This document shows positions 26,184 to 38,763 of a stretch of DNA of 55,808 nt, one piece after another. The position numbers and the translations under genes were made by a program. The DNA comes from Hydrolagus affinis (lineage: Eukaryota), in assembly GCA_012026655.1 (NCBI GenBank), contig JAAILG010002313.1:1-55808 (forward strand), written 5' to 3'. The first letter of the stretch is position 1; each line of letters opens with the position of its first letter. The notes under the pieces are model-generated. The model had not been told where the DNA came from and ran no database searches. It saw only the letters and a list, made by a program, of their open reading frames with translations.

Positions 26184-26724
26184 CGGTCTTAAAAATAAAT
26201 ATAATCAAATTACTGGCACATGGACACAAATTCAATCAATTTCTGACCGCATGCCACCTTCACGGCTTATTGAAAAACAAATGTAACGTGTCAAATGGAG
26301 CAGAATAACACAAAATGAATTGCCTCATGGCAAAATGCTTCCCCATTTCAAAATGTGAAGGGGCTGCCATAAGAATGATCCTACTTTACCTTCACTCTGC
26401 TGAAAAAAACCTTAACAAAAGATGTTTCAAATTGCCCTTAAGCTGTCTGACAGACACAGCTCCAATGAGCTGTGAAAGTATTGCGTGTGGTACCAAAAGA
26501 CACAATGTGTCTTGTGAATTAAAGAATTTGCATGTCCTGCAGATGTTACTCCACACCATCCATGCTCACTGTTGTCTCATTGCAGAAAGTGGAAGTAGAA
26601 CTCTCTATGAACTCATAAAACACTAGTCAATGGGGAAAATGCTGTTATAATACATCGATTATGCAATGTCCTGAATGTCCAACTGAATTATTTTGACTAA
26701 ATATTACAATGTATAATTTATCTT

Positions 26725-26832
26725 GTGGGGGTTTCATAAATTCCCAAAATCATCTCAGCATAGATTTGGGATTGAAACTGTGACCTCCCTTTTCTGTATG
26801 GCTGAGTGCCACATCATGCAGTATGTTTCACC
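26725..26832 (-). mobile_element. Head of an older tRNA-derived SINE family
   Basis: Reverse complement tgtggcactcagccatacagaaaagggaggtcacagtttcaatcccaaatctatgctgag has a degenerate B-box; resembles a recalled ancient chondrichthyan SINE head. Confidence 0.45.
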
Positions 26833-28534
26833 ACAAAGACATCTGTGGAGGCCAGGAAGCAAGAGTTTAACTGAGAATTCAGAAATGTGCAGTCCTGTTT
26901 GTATCCGGTTTCACATGTTCACTTTGTTTGATGTCCTGGGAAACCGTAGGTTCTTACTGAGAAATGTTGACTATAGAGGGGCAAAATGGAGTTTAAATTA
27001 TCAGAGAGAAAATAAGAGGAACATTCTGATGTTACAAAATATAGCAAAACTGTTCAATATTTATGTTACTGGTTATATAATCCTAATGCCTTTTTAATAG
27101 TTCACAAAATTACGATTGCTACAGTTTGGGCATAACATGCCTTTTGGATGGGAAACTTGATTGGGAAATATTGCACACCGAATGTGTTTGCTGTGTTTGG
27201 CGGTAAGAGACCCAAAAGGATCACATCTTGCTATAAGCAAAAAAAAAATCATAATGTAATCAATGGAATTGCACAATCTCACAAGCCTGCCAGGCTTGCA
27301 GGTTAAAAATCAGGAATTTAAAAAAAATCCAGGGTTTTCCTTGGGAATAAACTGCAGAATGAAAGAAACTGCAGTGAGTTACTGAAATGGAACATGTTGA
27401 AGCGGTGATGGAGAGAGGCAAGGTATGCTTTTTATCATAGAGTGCAGCATTTTGACACAATCTGCAGGATTTTCAGGTGAGAAGCAGCACGAGGTCAGGT
27501 GAATCTGCAACCTCACCCAATATAACCATTTGTTCAGAAAATCAGCTCCAGAAAAGGCACTTGCTTCTACCCACTCCGACATTTCTATTTTTTTCACACT
27601 TGATTCTGTTGGTCCAACCTGGCATAATAGAGCTTGGTGTTTTGCTGTTCCCTAGGGAATAACTGATGAGTTAAATAATTATCCTGATGACTTCTCAGAG
27701 CAAGATTGAGAATTAAGTGAGATGTATAATAGAGACATTTAGTTGCTACAGTCAGAAAAGTATAATATTAACAAAGAGGAATTTAGAATGCACTTATTGC
27801 AAGACGGGGTCCTACCATTTTTGCCATGTTAAAACACACACTGTTGTGTAATGTAGGCTACTGAAGATCCATTTGCTTCATACTTCTACATCTTTTATAC
27901 TCATTTTATTAGCATTTTAAAATCAACATAAAACATCCAAACCCACAGTTGTAATTCTCTAGAGAACAATTACTTTTATTATCAACACATTTCCTCCCAC
28001 CTCCCACCACCCCACACCGATTTCAAGGTACTGTACTGTATTAGGGTGGGAGAGTGGACATGGTATTTTAAAGCAAGTTTCTATTCCTTTTTATATAGTG
28101 TTCACAGACTACAGATGGTCTTTAGGTCCCGAGCACTGATCAGGTTGCAGACTGAACCTCTAAGGCGCTTTGTAATTCTCTTTTCAGAAATGGCTAGTAT
28201 ACTTTTAGAACTGCCTCTGCAATTCTTCGGGAATTGCTTGCCAGTCTAGAGCTTGTGTAAAAATAGCAATAAAACTGAAAGAAGATGAATGGAACTTGCT
28301 ATTCTTTTTGCTTTCTGCAATACAGGGAGCTAGCTTTCTGTTTAAGTACAAGAACTTTCTGTTGTATTTGAGAATGCCCAGGCTGCTCAGCATAATTGTG
28401 CAGCACAACAGGAAATGAACAGCTCTGATAGGGTGTTCTTTAAAGAGGTCGTCTAATATCAGTTGTAGTACTTAACAAAGTCATTTGAGACGAAGGTGGA
28501 CAAATGTTCCACAAGGTTCAAAGGGTCTTTTTCT

Positions 28535-29080
28535 GCTGAAGCTGGATGATCTGACTTGAGAAGGTAGCATTCCAGGCATGAGCAGTAGAAATGCAGGAAT
28601 AGATCGATATTCTACTGCTTTACTTGATGATCTGTAGAGATGAGGAAGTATTTTATTTTGAGCTTTCCCTCAGGAGATCCAGAGAAGGGCAATAGCATTC
28701 ATCATACACTGGATATTATATGATCTGCAGAAGGAGTGGGCTTGATTTGTTAAAGGATTTTGACTTGAGTTCAGGTGTTCCTGATTACAAATGCGGCTAC
28801 TGTTCTGCATTGAAGACCGTTTCTCATGTGAACAGAGGCCCGGAAATTGTACACAAAGTTAGAGATCAAAATAGCAGTCACAAAACATGCTTTATCGGTC
28901 TTCAAAATGATTATTTTTGGGGGAAAATAAAGTAAATTTGGTTATGACTAGCATGGTTCAAATGCAAATCAAGAAGTCGTAGTTTGGAAAGCAACTTCTG
29001 GCTTATGAATGCAATTTTAATTCCATTTAGTTCAGTGATGATTGATAGGTTGTGGACATGCTGTGCATGTGAGTGAAAGG
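28535..29080 (-). mobile_element. Probable highly decayed L2 fragment
   Basis: Purine-rich reverse L2-like text (gcattccaggcatgagcag, gatctgcagaaggag); no intact frame. Confidence 0.35.
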
Positions 29081-31239
29081 TCTCCCAAGTAAAACGGAAA
29101 CAAGAAAGTGCAGGATTTCAAATAAACACGTGTAAGAATATGTGGTTATCAGCTATCGATTTAGTGACATTGACATTACTAATCCAATTTCATTGCAGAC
29201 CTGCAGTCTGTGATCAGTCCTGCCCTCCACTTCTTAACAGCTATTTGTGTGGATTAATTCTGTGCTAATGGACTAAAGGTCGGACGCTGTGTACAGCAGT
29301 AATTAAAATATCTTGTTGCAATATCACCGACACAATCTGTTTTGTGATCAATAAACAGTGTGGGTTGGCTGATGAGCTGTGAGTACAACTCCCTGATCGC
29401 ATGTAGGGGGCTATTACATGGCTACAATGAGAAGTAAATCAATTCACTAATGCTCATATGCTTTCATCTAGGTCGCAGAACAAGTTTTCTTTGCCCAGAA
29501 CTTACTATTAAAACAAATCCAGAAATGCGGTTGACACCTAGCTCCTTTCCTTTGATGGTGGATAGGTGTTATCTTCTGCTGTTCATGCTAATATTTCAAA
29601 TCTATAAATCCTGACATTTAAAAGGAAGTTTTTGAAAGATCTGAAAGGAATACCATGTCGAGAGCTAATCAGTTCTTGGTATTCCTAAGAAATAAACTTT
29701 ATTCTTGATTTTAACATTGTTGGTGGCTTTGCTCCAGATGTTGGTTAGTCTATCAGGCTTCATGTTGCCAAACATTACCCCGATTTGCATCGCTTTCTAG
29801 ATTGTAACAAGCAGAGGCAGGATTTCATTTTGTAAGCGATTTGTTCAAGGCTCCCCCTTAACCGCCTCATCCTTCTCACAACACTGACTGCTTGATACAA
29901 CTAGGGATGACATTGCTTTAGTTTTCCCTCTGCATGGATGTGCTCGCCCTCCATTCTGTACACTGTATTTTCGGTCTGGGTGAGATGGCAAACAATTAAT
30001 GCACATCAGGAGGCAGACAATTTGCTTCTAAGTCTCTGCCAACTTTTGTTCTGATCTGGGTCACTAAGAATTATGGACAAAAGAGTTTTCCTCTCCCTCA
30101 CTCCCCAGAAATGAGCCTGGTGTCCTCTTCGCGCATTTCTATGGCAACAGGATGGCATTTGGAAACTGAGTGTGGAGGAAGGGAACTCAAACGTATACAC
30201 TTTAATCGACATTGATGTTCAGTAGTTTTCGTGATCCAATGCATCATCACATTACCAATCTCTTTCCAGACATTCATGTATTATTTTCTTAAGTAACCAG
30301 TCAGATATGGTTTCTACCTGAGCAGTACTGTTGTGAGTTGGTAAGCCAACGCACAGAATAATAGTTTCCTAAAATCAGGTATTCTTGAAAGTTGCAAGTG
30401 TGAGGAAGGCCCACATTGCTATCCCTCAGTAATGTTTTATTCTGTAATTGCTTCTTGCATTAAAAAATAATTGGCTTGGAAAGTCTCCCTAAAAGTAAAT
30501 GATTCAAAGAGAAATAAATAAGCCTTCTCAGCTCCAAGGTTGAAGAAATAATAGATTTTTCATTCTCAAAAGGAACTTCCCTGGGACATCAAGAAAATCT
30601 GTTTCAAATCATTGATCTATGGGTCATGTCTCGACCATTCAAACTTAGATTGTAAATAATATTTGAATTTGATATATTGTATTTCATGCCTTAGAGGACT
30701 CCCCAAAGTCCATCGCACAATTTATTATAAAGTATTGTGACTGAGTATTCTGTAGGCAAATGTGACAATGTGCCCTGAGTGGAGGGCGATATATCAGTGC
30801 AAGGTGTTGTTGTTGTTTTAGGCAAATGTGGCAGCCAGTTTGGCTGTTTGTGGTACATTGCTGTGCCCAATCTTGCTGTATCTGTAAATGTCACAGGATT
30901 CAGCTTTATATTGAACATATTTGAGATAAACTGGTCTGAATTCTATGACATTCACAGTTGCTCCAGGTATTCTCATCTACAAATAGTAACTCATAGCTAT
31001 CAGGAACCCTTTGTAAGGGATTGCTTGACAGCTAACGAAGGAAGGAAGGCAAATTGATACACAATTCAGTGGGCTTGGTATTGTATTACAAACCACAACC
31101 GTGATGTCTTTAGGTTCAGCTGGGATATTCAGCTATGGGTGCCCACTTAAAGGAACAATCAGAGATAAAAGAGAGGGCAAAGTACAGATTCACTTGGTTG
31201 ATACCTGGTATCATTGAGCATACATTCCATATGGACTGT

Positions 31240-31760
31240 CTAAATTGTTTAATCCACTGGAAATAAGGATATCGGAAGGGGAGGCAATAGAGGTGCTTAA
31301 AATAAAAGTGAAATATTTTCCTTTAGTTAGGGTAAGGGGACAATTGGTTCAAGATTGTTAGCTAAAGAATGTCAAACAACATTGCTGGAAAGTTGGATTA
31401 ATAAAAAAGAAGTTGCTTTTAAGAAGCTAATCGGAGGCCGGGCCTTCAGTTTCTCCGCTCCCACAATTCTATCCCCCAATCCCTTCGTCTCGTTTCTTCC
31501 CTTTCCTCTTTCAAGGCCGGTTTGAAGACTTTCCTCTTTGACCGTGCCTTTTGTTCCACCCCGAATTCTTCAACCTCCCATTCGTGTTTCACCCCCGCCC
31601 AAACACTCCCCTCCCAGCTCGGGTCATACTCCCCCTGTGCAGCGCCTTGGGACGTCCTCCCGACGTGAAAGGCGCTCTAGAAATGTAATTTGTTGTTGTT
31701 GTTGTTGTTAATAGTGGCACAGCCATGTGGGCAATCATCTGTGCTAACAAATTCTATGTT
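31240..31760 (+). mobile_element. Decayed CR1 3' end interrupted by a younger L2
   Basis: atagaggtgcttaaaat ~ IEV.KI and a TRGH-like decayed segment before the L2; aaattctatgtt CR1-type terminus after it. Confidence 0.45.
31431..31709 (+). mobile_element. Young 5'-truncated L2 LINE: ORF2 C-terminus, 3' UTR and (GTT)n tail
   Basis: Translates GGRAFSFSAPT / SIPQSLRLVSSLSSFKAGLKTFLFDRAF (L2 C-terminal motif, small frameshift); CpG-rich; 3' stem-loop; (gtt)n tail. Confidence 0.93.
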
Positions 31761-32349
31761 GTATTATGATGGAAACAGTCTGTTTAAAAAGACTTCTGTT
31801 TCCCCTACCTGTTCAGTCTAGGCACGTAGTCTAGAACCATGGAACAAGTTATTTGTCCGGCTGACGCTATCTGTAGCCTGACAAATCAAAATGACAAAGA
31901 GATCTATCAACGAAAATTAGATGAAGCAGATTCAGGCTCTGTTTAGATTTGTAATCTGATCTGAGTTGCACTGAAGACTTAGCTCAGGGTAATGCTATCT
32001 TCAAAATTAAATCAACAACTGCTGTTTTGCAATGATACAAACATTACTGAATAAACGTCTATGCAAAACCAAGATTTTATAACATATCGTTCGCTATGTA
32101 TGATGGTACCTCATTTATCAATTTATTCTGCCCTTTGGGAAGTGTATTTACAATTCAATATGAATAAAACAGTATAGACATCTCCTGATTTATGAATGGC
32201 TACGTAACACTTGTTACAGTGTGATTCTGGCAAAACTTAATTGAGTAAAATCTCATTTCAAATAAGAAAACTGTGCCAGTTTCATTGTAAAGTGCAGCCC
32301 TTACTGTCACCCAACTCTTAGCTTTCCAAACAAGGGGTCACAGTAAGTA

Positions 32350-32650
32350 AACCAGGGTGGGCAGTTGCACTTACAATTGATTTCAACATTTAGGAAGGGA
32401 AAATCACCTGGGATTCCATCTCCTAAACTCTATTGCGTGACGGAATCTTAAATAACTGAAAGTTGTGTGTGTGTGAATGCTGGGTGAGGATAGCAATGGG
32501 CTGAGCTGTAATTCTACCCGTGGCTGGTGGATACTCTGTGTTGAGCCTCTCCATGAGTAATGGCCATTTCAGATGGAATACTGAAATGGAATCATTACCA
32601 CAATAGGAGGCAAAATGTGCTGGACACCTTTAGGAAAGGAGAATGGAAAG
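32350..32650 (+). mobile_element. Body of an older SINE-like repeat (probably the same family as 26725-26832 and 19200-19248)
   Basis: agggtgggcag...ggattccatctcct matches the reverse complement of 19200-19248; tgggtgaggatagcaatgggctgagctgt and aatggccattt resemble a recalled shark SINE body. Confidence 0.5.
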
Positions 32651-34311
32651 TTGATGGAGTGGAAACAAATATATGGTATATTTGTCAGAAATAAGTATTT
32701 TGTACATTTGTATACTATGAATTGCCATTTGCATTAAAAGCATTTTATAACTTGCAAAGGTAATTAAGAGTGCTCAGGCATTCCTTTACCCCACATTTTA
32801 AGCGTTCTCTCAAAACCCACAAGTTTATAGTTGTACTGTATTTTAAAAGCAATGGAAATGGGAGTTAGAAGAGAAATAATATTATTATTTCTATAATATT
32901 ATTGCAAGTTATTGTTAGGTTTATGTTGTAAATCCATCCTCTTAGCGTATAGTGCAGAATATGTTCTTGTTGCAGAAGTAGGTAGAAAAGGGCAATGATA
33001 CCCAAGTACACTTCCTTTTTAAAAAGGAAAACCCAAGCAATGCAAAGTTCTGTTCACGAATAAATAAATATTTTTAAGAAGAGTTAGAGTTGGTTTGTAA
33101 ATTACACAGATCAGCAATCTGCAGATACGGTATCACTAGATCTGCAGAAAACCTACCTCAATGTTCTACTTATCCATCTAAAGACACTTTCTTTCAATTA
33201 ATTGGGGTAGGGGAGGACCGAGCAAGGCAGTTGAGATACATGCTCATGCTCATGGCTTAGACTGCCCTTTCCGCCCAGCATTAAAAATGTGTGGTCCCTT
33301 TGGGAAGTTTAAAGCATAATAATGCTGAAAAGGAACATGGCGTTTCACTTATCAGGTGGTTGGTTAAGTGGGATCACTGGGTAACTGAAGCCGAACCTAC
33401 TGTGCAAAGCACTAAAATCTTTGACAACCAGCAGCTGGGAACAAGGCTCATCTCTCAAGGATGTAAAGGGATTTGGTAGAAACAGTAAAATAGCTTGTCT
33501 AATGGCACAGCCAAAGGTCACTCAGTGGTTGCAAACAATTACTGGTGTGCAAGCTCTCAGATCAGCCTGGCTCACAACAGAACTTTTTTTTGTTTCAAAT
33601 GAATGATTAAATAGTATCTGGCCTGAGTGAATTTTAATCTGATTTTGTGCTAGGAATACTGTGTAGAACCAGACTCAGGATGTTAAGCTGCCCACTGTCA
33701 CTGGAAGCGCATGGTAATTAAGTGAGATGGCTGCAGGCTGTATGGGTACTGCAGTAATTCGACTATCGTTCCTCATAATATCCGAGTAAATGTTTACATC
33801 CAGGAAATGACTTGAAAGCGATGTATTTTTACATCCATTTGGACAGGGAAATCATACACTGCCAAAGAAAGCAGATGGGCAGTGCTAAGGGAAAGTACGT
33901 GCCCTGTTGGATGGATTATTTGGCCACAATTGGACTCTTTAAAAGTGGAGCTTTAGGGATGCAGTTGCACAGAGGCACAACATGTCTAATATTGTAACCC
34001 AACACATCCATTAATATCCTAAAGAGGTGATATTTATAGTATTCCGTTAATTCCCACCACCATTTTTTGTTACTTTACTAAGTTCAGTGCTCTGGATTCA
34101 AGAATCTTGTTTTTACTATGATTTGAATTAATCGCACACTAGCTCTTTAATATCACGAACAACGGTCTCCTTGATAAAAGTTGGGTGATCCACCAAGAAC
34201 CATTTTTGAACAGAAGCTGAATCAATTCTTACCACTGCTAGTGCTATTCTGCTAATGCTCGTTGCCTGTTTAGCATGGCCTCCCTGTTCAGTACAGTCAA
34301 CGTTTTAGAAT

Positions 34312-34439
34312 ATGTCTGTTCAGTTGGACATAAAAAATCCCATGGCATTATTTAGAAAGCATAGGGAGTTTCTCCCAGTGTTTTGGCCAGCCATTCCCCA
34401 GATAAAACGGCTAATAGTTGTTTGTGAGATATTACTGTG
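34312..34439 (+). mobile_element. DeuSINE (AmnSINE1/SacSINE1-like) central domain remnant
   Basis: tgttcagttggacataaaaaatcccatggcattattt...gggagtttctcccagtgttttggcca; homologous to reverse 49780-49856. Confidence 0.7.
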
Positions 34440-34640
34440 GGGAGAGAGAACTGGGTAATGGGAGTGCAGGACACAAGTCAAGGTTTCAGGATGAGTTAAA
34501 GTTTGTGAAGGTGGAGCTCAAACTCACTGAAATTAAAACCGTTCTGTCCTGGGAGATTTTCACCTCAACTGGGAGGACAAGATTCAGTTCAAGCCCTAGT
34601 GTATGTGACCATCTGCAGAGTCTTGACTCATATCCATGGA
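34440..34640 (-). mobile_element. Decayed L2 RT fragment
   Basis: gtcaaggtttcaggatgagttaaagtttg and tgtgaccatctgcagagtcttga resemble reverse L2 RT text; no intact frame. Confidence 0.4.
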
Positions 34641-35314
34641 TCTGTTCAGAAAAAAATACACCCGTAAAGTTCGGGAGTTTGCATTTCCACATCTGTAGTG
34701 TATTAACAATGAAAATATTAATTTTCTATTTAAACGCTATCATGCTCTAGTTAATAAAATCCTGAGGCTTCCGATTTCTGATCACAACGCAATCTATCTT
34801 AGTGATTGATGAAAGAGTCAAGTTCACTGAAGCAAACAGTGAAACTCTAAACACCTCATTAATCCCTGGACCTGTGTTTCAGTAAATGAAAACCAATATT
34901 AAATGTGAAAAAAATACATGTTTGTGGAATTAGAGTTTTCTGTCACAAATGAAAATATAGGGCCCTGATGTTATTTCCTTCAAGGATCAGCACTATTACT
35001 AGAAATATTAATTCAATCTGCAAATCATTTGTAAAAGTGGTGATATTTTCAACTTTGCAGAGTCTTCTGCAAGTCAAATAATTTAATGATGATTACCAGT
35101 GTCATGAACATCTGTTTGAAAGAATATGTCTTATATATGTGCTGACATTGCAGTTTGTTCTGTCCTTAGAAAACTACATGAGCAATATCCCCGAGTCACG
35201 ATGAATAGGGAATAGGAATACTGTACTAGGATTAATAAATGAAATTATAAGGTATAGAAGGGTAAAGGACATTGACAGTCAAAAAGAATGGAGGTGCAAC
35301 AGAGAATAGAGTGG

Positions 35315-35696
35315 TAGTAATAATAAGCCTTGCATTTGATTTGGTATTTTATCATGTCTTTGAGACATCTCCAAAGCACTTCACAGAATATTTGGTAAAG
35401 TGAATTGATTGTATATTTTTTGGGCACTACACAGCAGCCAATTGCACACAGCAGTGTCCCACAACCAGTCATGAATTGAGTGACTAAATTATTAGTATTT
35501 TATCTTTTTGTTAGAAGAAATTATTACTCTCAGAAAAGCGATCCTCCAATTGACTAACAACCAGGTTCCTACTTACAGCTCGGTAAGCCGAGTCTTGTGG
35601 AGTAAGGAAACTTGTCCAACATTTTGCCCAGGAATCGACTCAGGTCTTCTTGCTTGTGAGACGAGTGCTCTAATAACTAAGCTACAGTATTCCACA
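35315..35696 (-). mobile_element. Full-length SINE, long variant
   Basis: Head ends tccaca; contains the extra segment (ccaattgactaacaaccaggttcctacttacagctcggtaag), Deu-like block and tail. Confidence 0.92.
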
Positions 35697-35704
35697 AATT
35701 AAAT

Positions 35705-35815
35705 TGGTATAAAGGAGTAGAGACCGTATAGGATAGATTAGGAAGGGTGGAAGCTTATGTTCTGCAAACCAGTTGGGCCAAATGGTCTGTTGTTGAACCA
35801 TTATACTTAATGTTA
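35705..35815 (+). mobile_element. CR1 3' UTR remnant
   Basis: accagttgggccaaatggtctgtt resembles a CR1 3' terminal motif. Confidence 0.5.
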
Positions 35816-36483
35816 ATATAATTATTTGTAATGTTAGTGACAATTCCTGTACATAGTACATGAAAGAAGTTATGTTAGTGGCGAGCTGACAACTTGAAAG
35901 TGGGACAGGTGCCTTTTATTTTTCGCAGACCAATAAAATCCTGTGCCTTTTTGGAGGGGATCTGCAACACATCTTTACAATGAGGTTACCCAGTATTTCC
36001 CATTCCATCTCATCTCTTTTATTTGCTATTTTATTAATATTTTAATGATGTGCAATCTACGTTGGGGAAAATTGATCTTGGAGACATAGCGGGCTACATG
36101 TTTATTTTCTTAATCTATATAACATTAATGCTTTAATGCTGAAGTGTCAAAAGTGAAATAAAACCATATTTCATTTTTAACATTTTTGCACATGATCAAT
36201 TTGATGTTTTAAATTAAAGAAAGGCAATCAATAACCATTCCCTTACACAAACCTTTAAAATGTTCTGTGCTCCGACATCCACTTGTTTTTAATATAAGTT
36301 AATCAGTTGGCATTTATTAGCATTGCAGCTATTATATTCCTCGCTACAACCAGTAAAAGTAATTCTGTTAGCACTTCTAATTTAGCCATGTGGCACATAA
36401 GATTCAAAGCTTCCTCAACATGTGCACTGACTGCATTTATAAATAAACTATTTTAAAGAATAAAGAACTTTGCAGATTTGAGC

Positions 36484-36705
36484 ATTATAATAATATTTGC
36501 ATTCAATATATTTCCTTTCACATCCAGAGTACTTTACAAAGTGCTTCAACAACAACAAATTACACTTGTGTATAGTGTGTTTCATGTCAGGAGGATGCCC
36601 CAAGGGCGTTGGCTTCTGTAAAGCCTTGTAAGTAAGCTTGGCAGCCAATTGGCATACAGCAGTGTTCCATAAACAGCCATGAAGTGAATGACCATTTTCA
36701 TCCCG
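36484..36705 (-). mobile_element. SINE 3' half with an L2 3' end (36547-36610) inserted into it
   Basis: SINE tail 36484-36546, then caacaacaaattacacttgtgtatag...ggaggatgccc, then Deu-like gcagccaattggcatacagcagtgttcca. Confidence 0.7.
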
Positions 36706-36724
36706 AGAATTATTGACTGGGACA

Positions 36725-36775
36725 CACAACAACAAAATTACACTTGTATAGCACTTCACATGTCAGGAGGACCAC
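36725..36775 (-). mobile_element. L2 extreme 3' end
   Basis: caacaacaaaattacacttgtatagcacttcacatgtcaggaggac. Confidence 0.78.
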
Positions 36776-37316
36776 TGTAACACTCATGGGCTTATTGTGC
36801 TGCGTGAAATCTTTACTGGCGACAACTCTCCCCTTTTCTGTTAATGACTCATTCTTATTGACACGGTACGAGGAAGATTCCTGCCTATCAAAATGTTGAA
36901 ATGCGAGGATGAGAAGTTTGACATTTTTCATCCAGTTTTACAAAGTAATCACTCGAACAAAGAAGAGCCGCTCACATTTGTTCTTCCAATATTCATCTCC
37001 CTTTCCTGGAGGTTGCAGCTTTTACTGGGGCTTAGCTCTTCAGTCACTGACAATCTTCTGGTACCTCATCCCAAGTGCTCATAGTTAATAAATATTGGTG
37101 CTAAATTCAAACCCTGGTATTTTGGTGGAGGAGTGGAGGATTTTTCAGCTGAAATAAGCAGAGGATGCCACAAAAACAACTAGTTCATCTTGATAACGTC
37201 CAGAAAAATATAAACATAGATGGCTTATTCACAAATATTGAGACAAGACACTATAAGTGACTGAAATTCCTATTTAGTAACCGAGGAAGGAGAAAGATTG
37301 AAAAAGGTGAACATCT

Positions 37317-37335
37317 TGCACACTAGGGGGCAGCA
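37317..37335 (+). promoter_or_regulatory. Candidate CTCF binding site
   Basis: tgcacactagggggcagca matches the CCACYAGRKGGCR core except at the first C; motif match only. Confidence 0.5.
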
Positions 37336-37779
37336 ATTAGTTGATTAATTAACCAATAGATTTACCTCAAATGTAGATCAAACAACTGTTTAATTTTATT
37401 ACACTATATGCATATTCTGTTAGGTCTTTCATCTAAATGTACTGTAATACCTGCATGTTTTTTAGTTTGCAGATATAAATTACACGGATGGGGCAGGTTG
37501 ACTGATTGCTAAACTCACCACCATAGTGTCTTGCCAGGGATATCACATTAACATGATATGAGGCTGCTCATATCATGTTATTGTTTTCTCTTGAAGGATG
37601 AAAAGGTTCAAGAACATTTGAAGGATTTTTCTATCTTTAGTAAAGAGTTTAAGTATGGACAAGCAGGATCTAATTTCTCTTACACTCTCAGATGTCTTAG
37701 ACCTTTGAGTCTTGACTTCTTCCACCAATAAGCTAGTTTAATATGATATATCTTTCCCTTTGGGTAAGCATTTTTTTCT

Positions 37780-38062
37780 GTGTAAATTGTTAACCTTCTC
37801 ACTGATTGGCAAGTCAGGAACAAGAGAGCAAAAAATTGAGCATCATTGCTAGAGGAAAACTGGGAGAAGTTAGAACTTACACAAGAAGATGGTTGTTGAA
37901 ATATAACTATAAGTTCATTACTTTAAAGGAAATTCAATTAAACGCAGAGCAACAGAGCAGCTCAATGGGTTTAGTAAATAGTTGAAACTGAGGAGCTAAA
38001 ATCAGCACAGAAACAATGGACTACATGACCTCCTTCCATGCTGTAAATATTCCATGATTCTA
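37780..38062 (+). mobile_element. Degenerate CR1 3' end
   Basis: aacaagagagcaaaaaattgag ~ TRGH.L; terminal atgacctccttccatgctgtaaatattccatgattcta. Confidence 0.65.
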
Positions 38063-38763
38063 TAAGTGTGCCTACGATGAGAGGGATTTGGCAAAATGTT
38101 TAGATCCAGGACACATTTCTCATTGTTCACTAGAAAAACTAAAAACTTAGCCTCACCTTCATTAAATTCTCTGAGAGTTCTCTATAATCCTTTCAAAGGC
38201 TTATTACAAAACAAATGAACAGAACCTTTATTGTGATGTGAAGTATTGCACAACAAGCAGCTCCTTGAATATTTAATTGAGATTTTGTTTCCTTTCACAC
38301 CTGAGAATGCCACCTATTGTGTTTATACTTACCTTGGTTCTAATCACTTTCTGGCAGTTGAAGGGCTGTTTTCTTGTGTGCCACGGTAAGACTTGAATGC
38401 AATCATTATTACACTTGTGAGTTTGTCTGTTGTGTGTAAATGCAAGCTGTCTGTACAACATGAAACATTGGAAGTCTGATTAAAGAACCTAGCGAGGCTT
38501 TAACTATCTGCATATCCTTTGTTGCTTTAATAAAGGGTATATCTTCTGCAGCAGAAGCTGCTTATGGTGATCAGCTTCAGCTACTGTTGGATCAACTTCA
38601 ATAAATCTAAAAGCAGGTATTGTTAGATACTACTAATCTCAGACATGTTGTTGTAATATAGCACAATTACCAAAAAGTGAAATGAGTGTAAGCAGCGTTG
38701 AATAACTGTAATAAAGGGTAGAATATATTATTAATATTAATATTAATATTAAATAGAATTTTA

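Noticed and set aside
35683-35689. TACAGTA as an excision footprint (also 14526 and 53744)
   Set aside because: Explained by SINE consensus or substitution, so excluded from the footprint count
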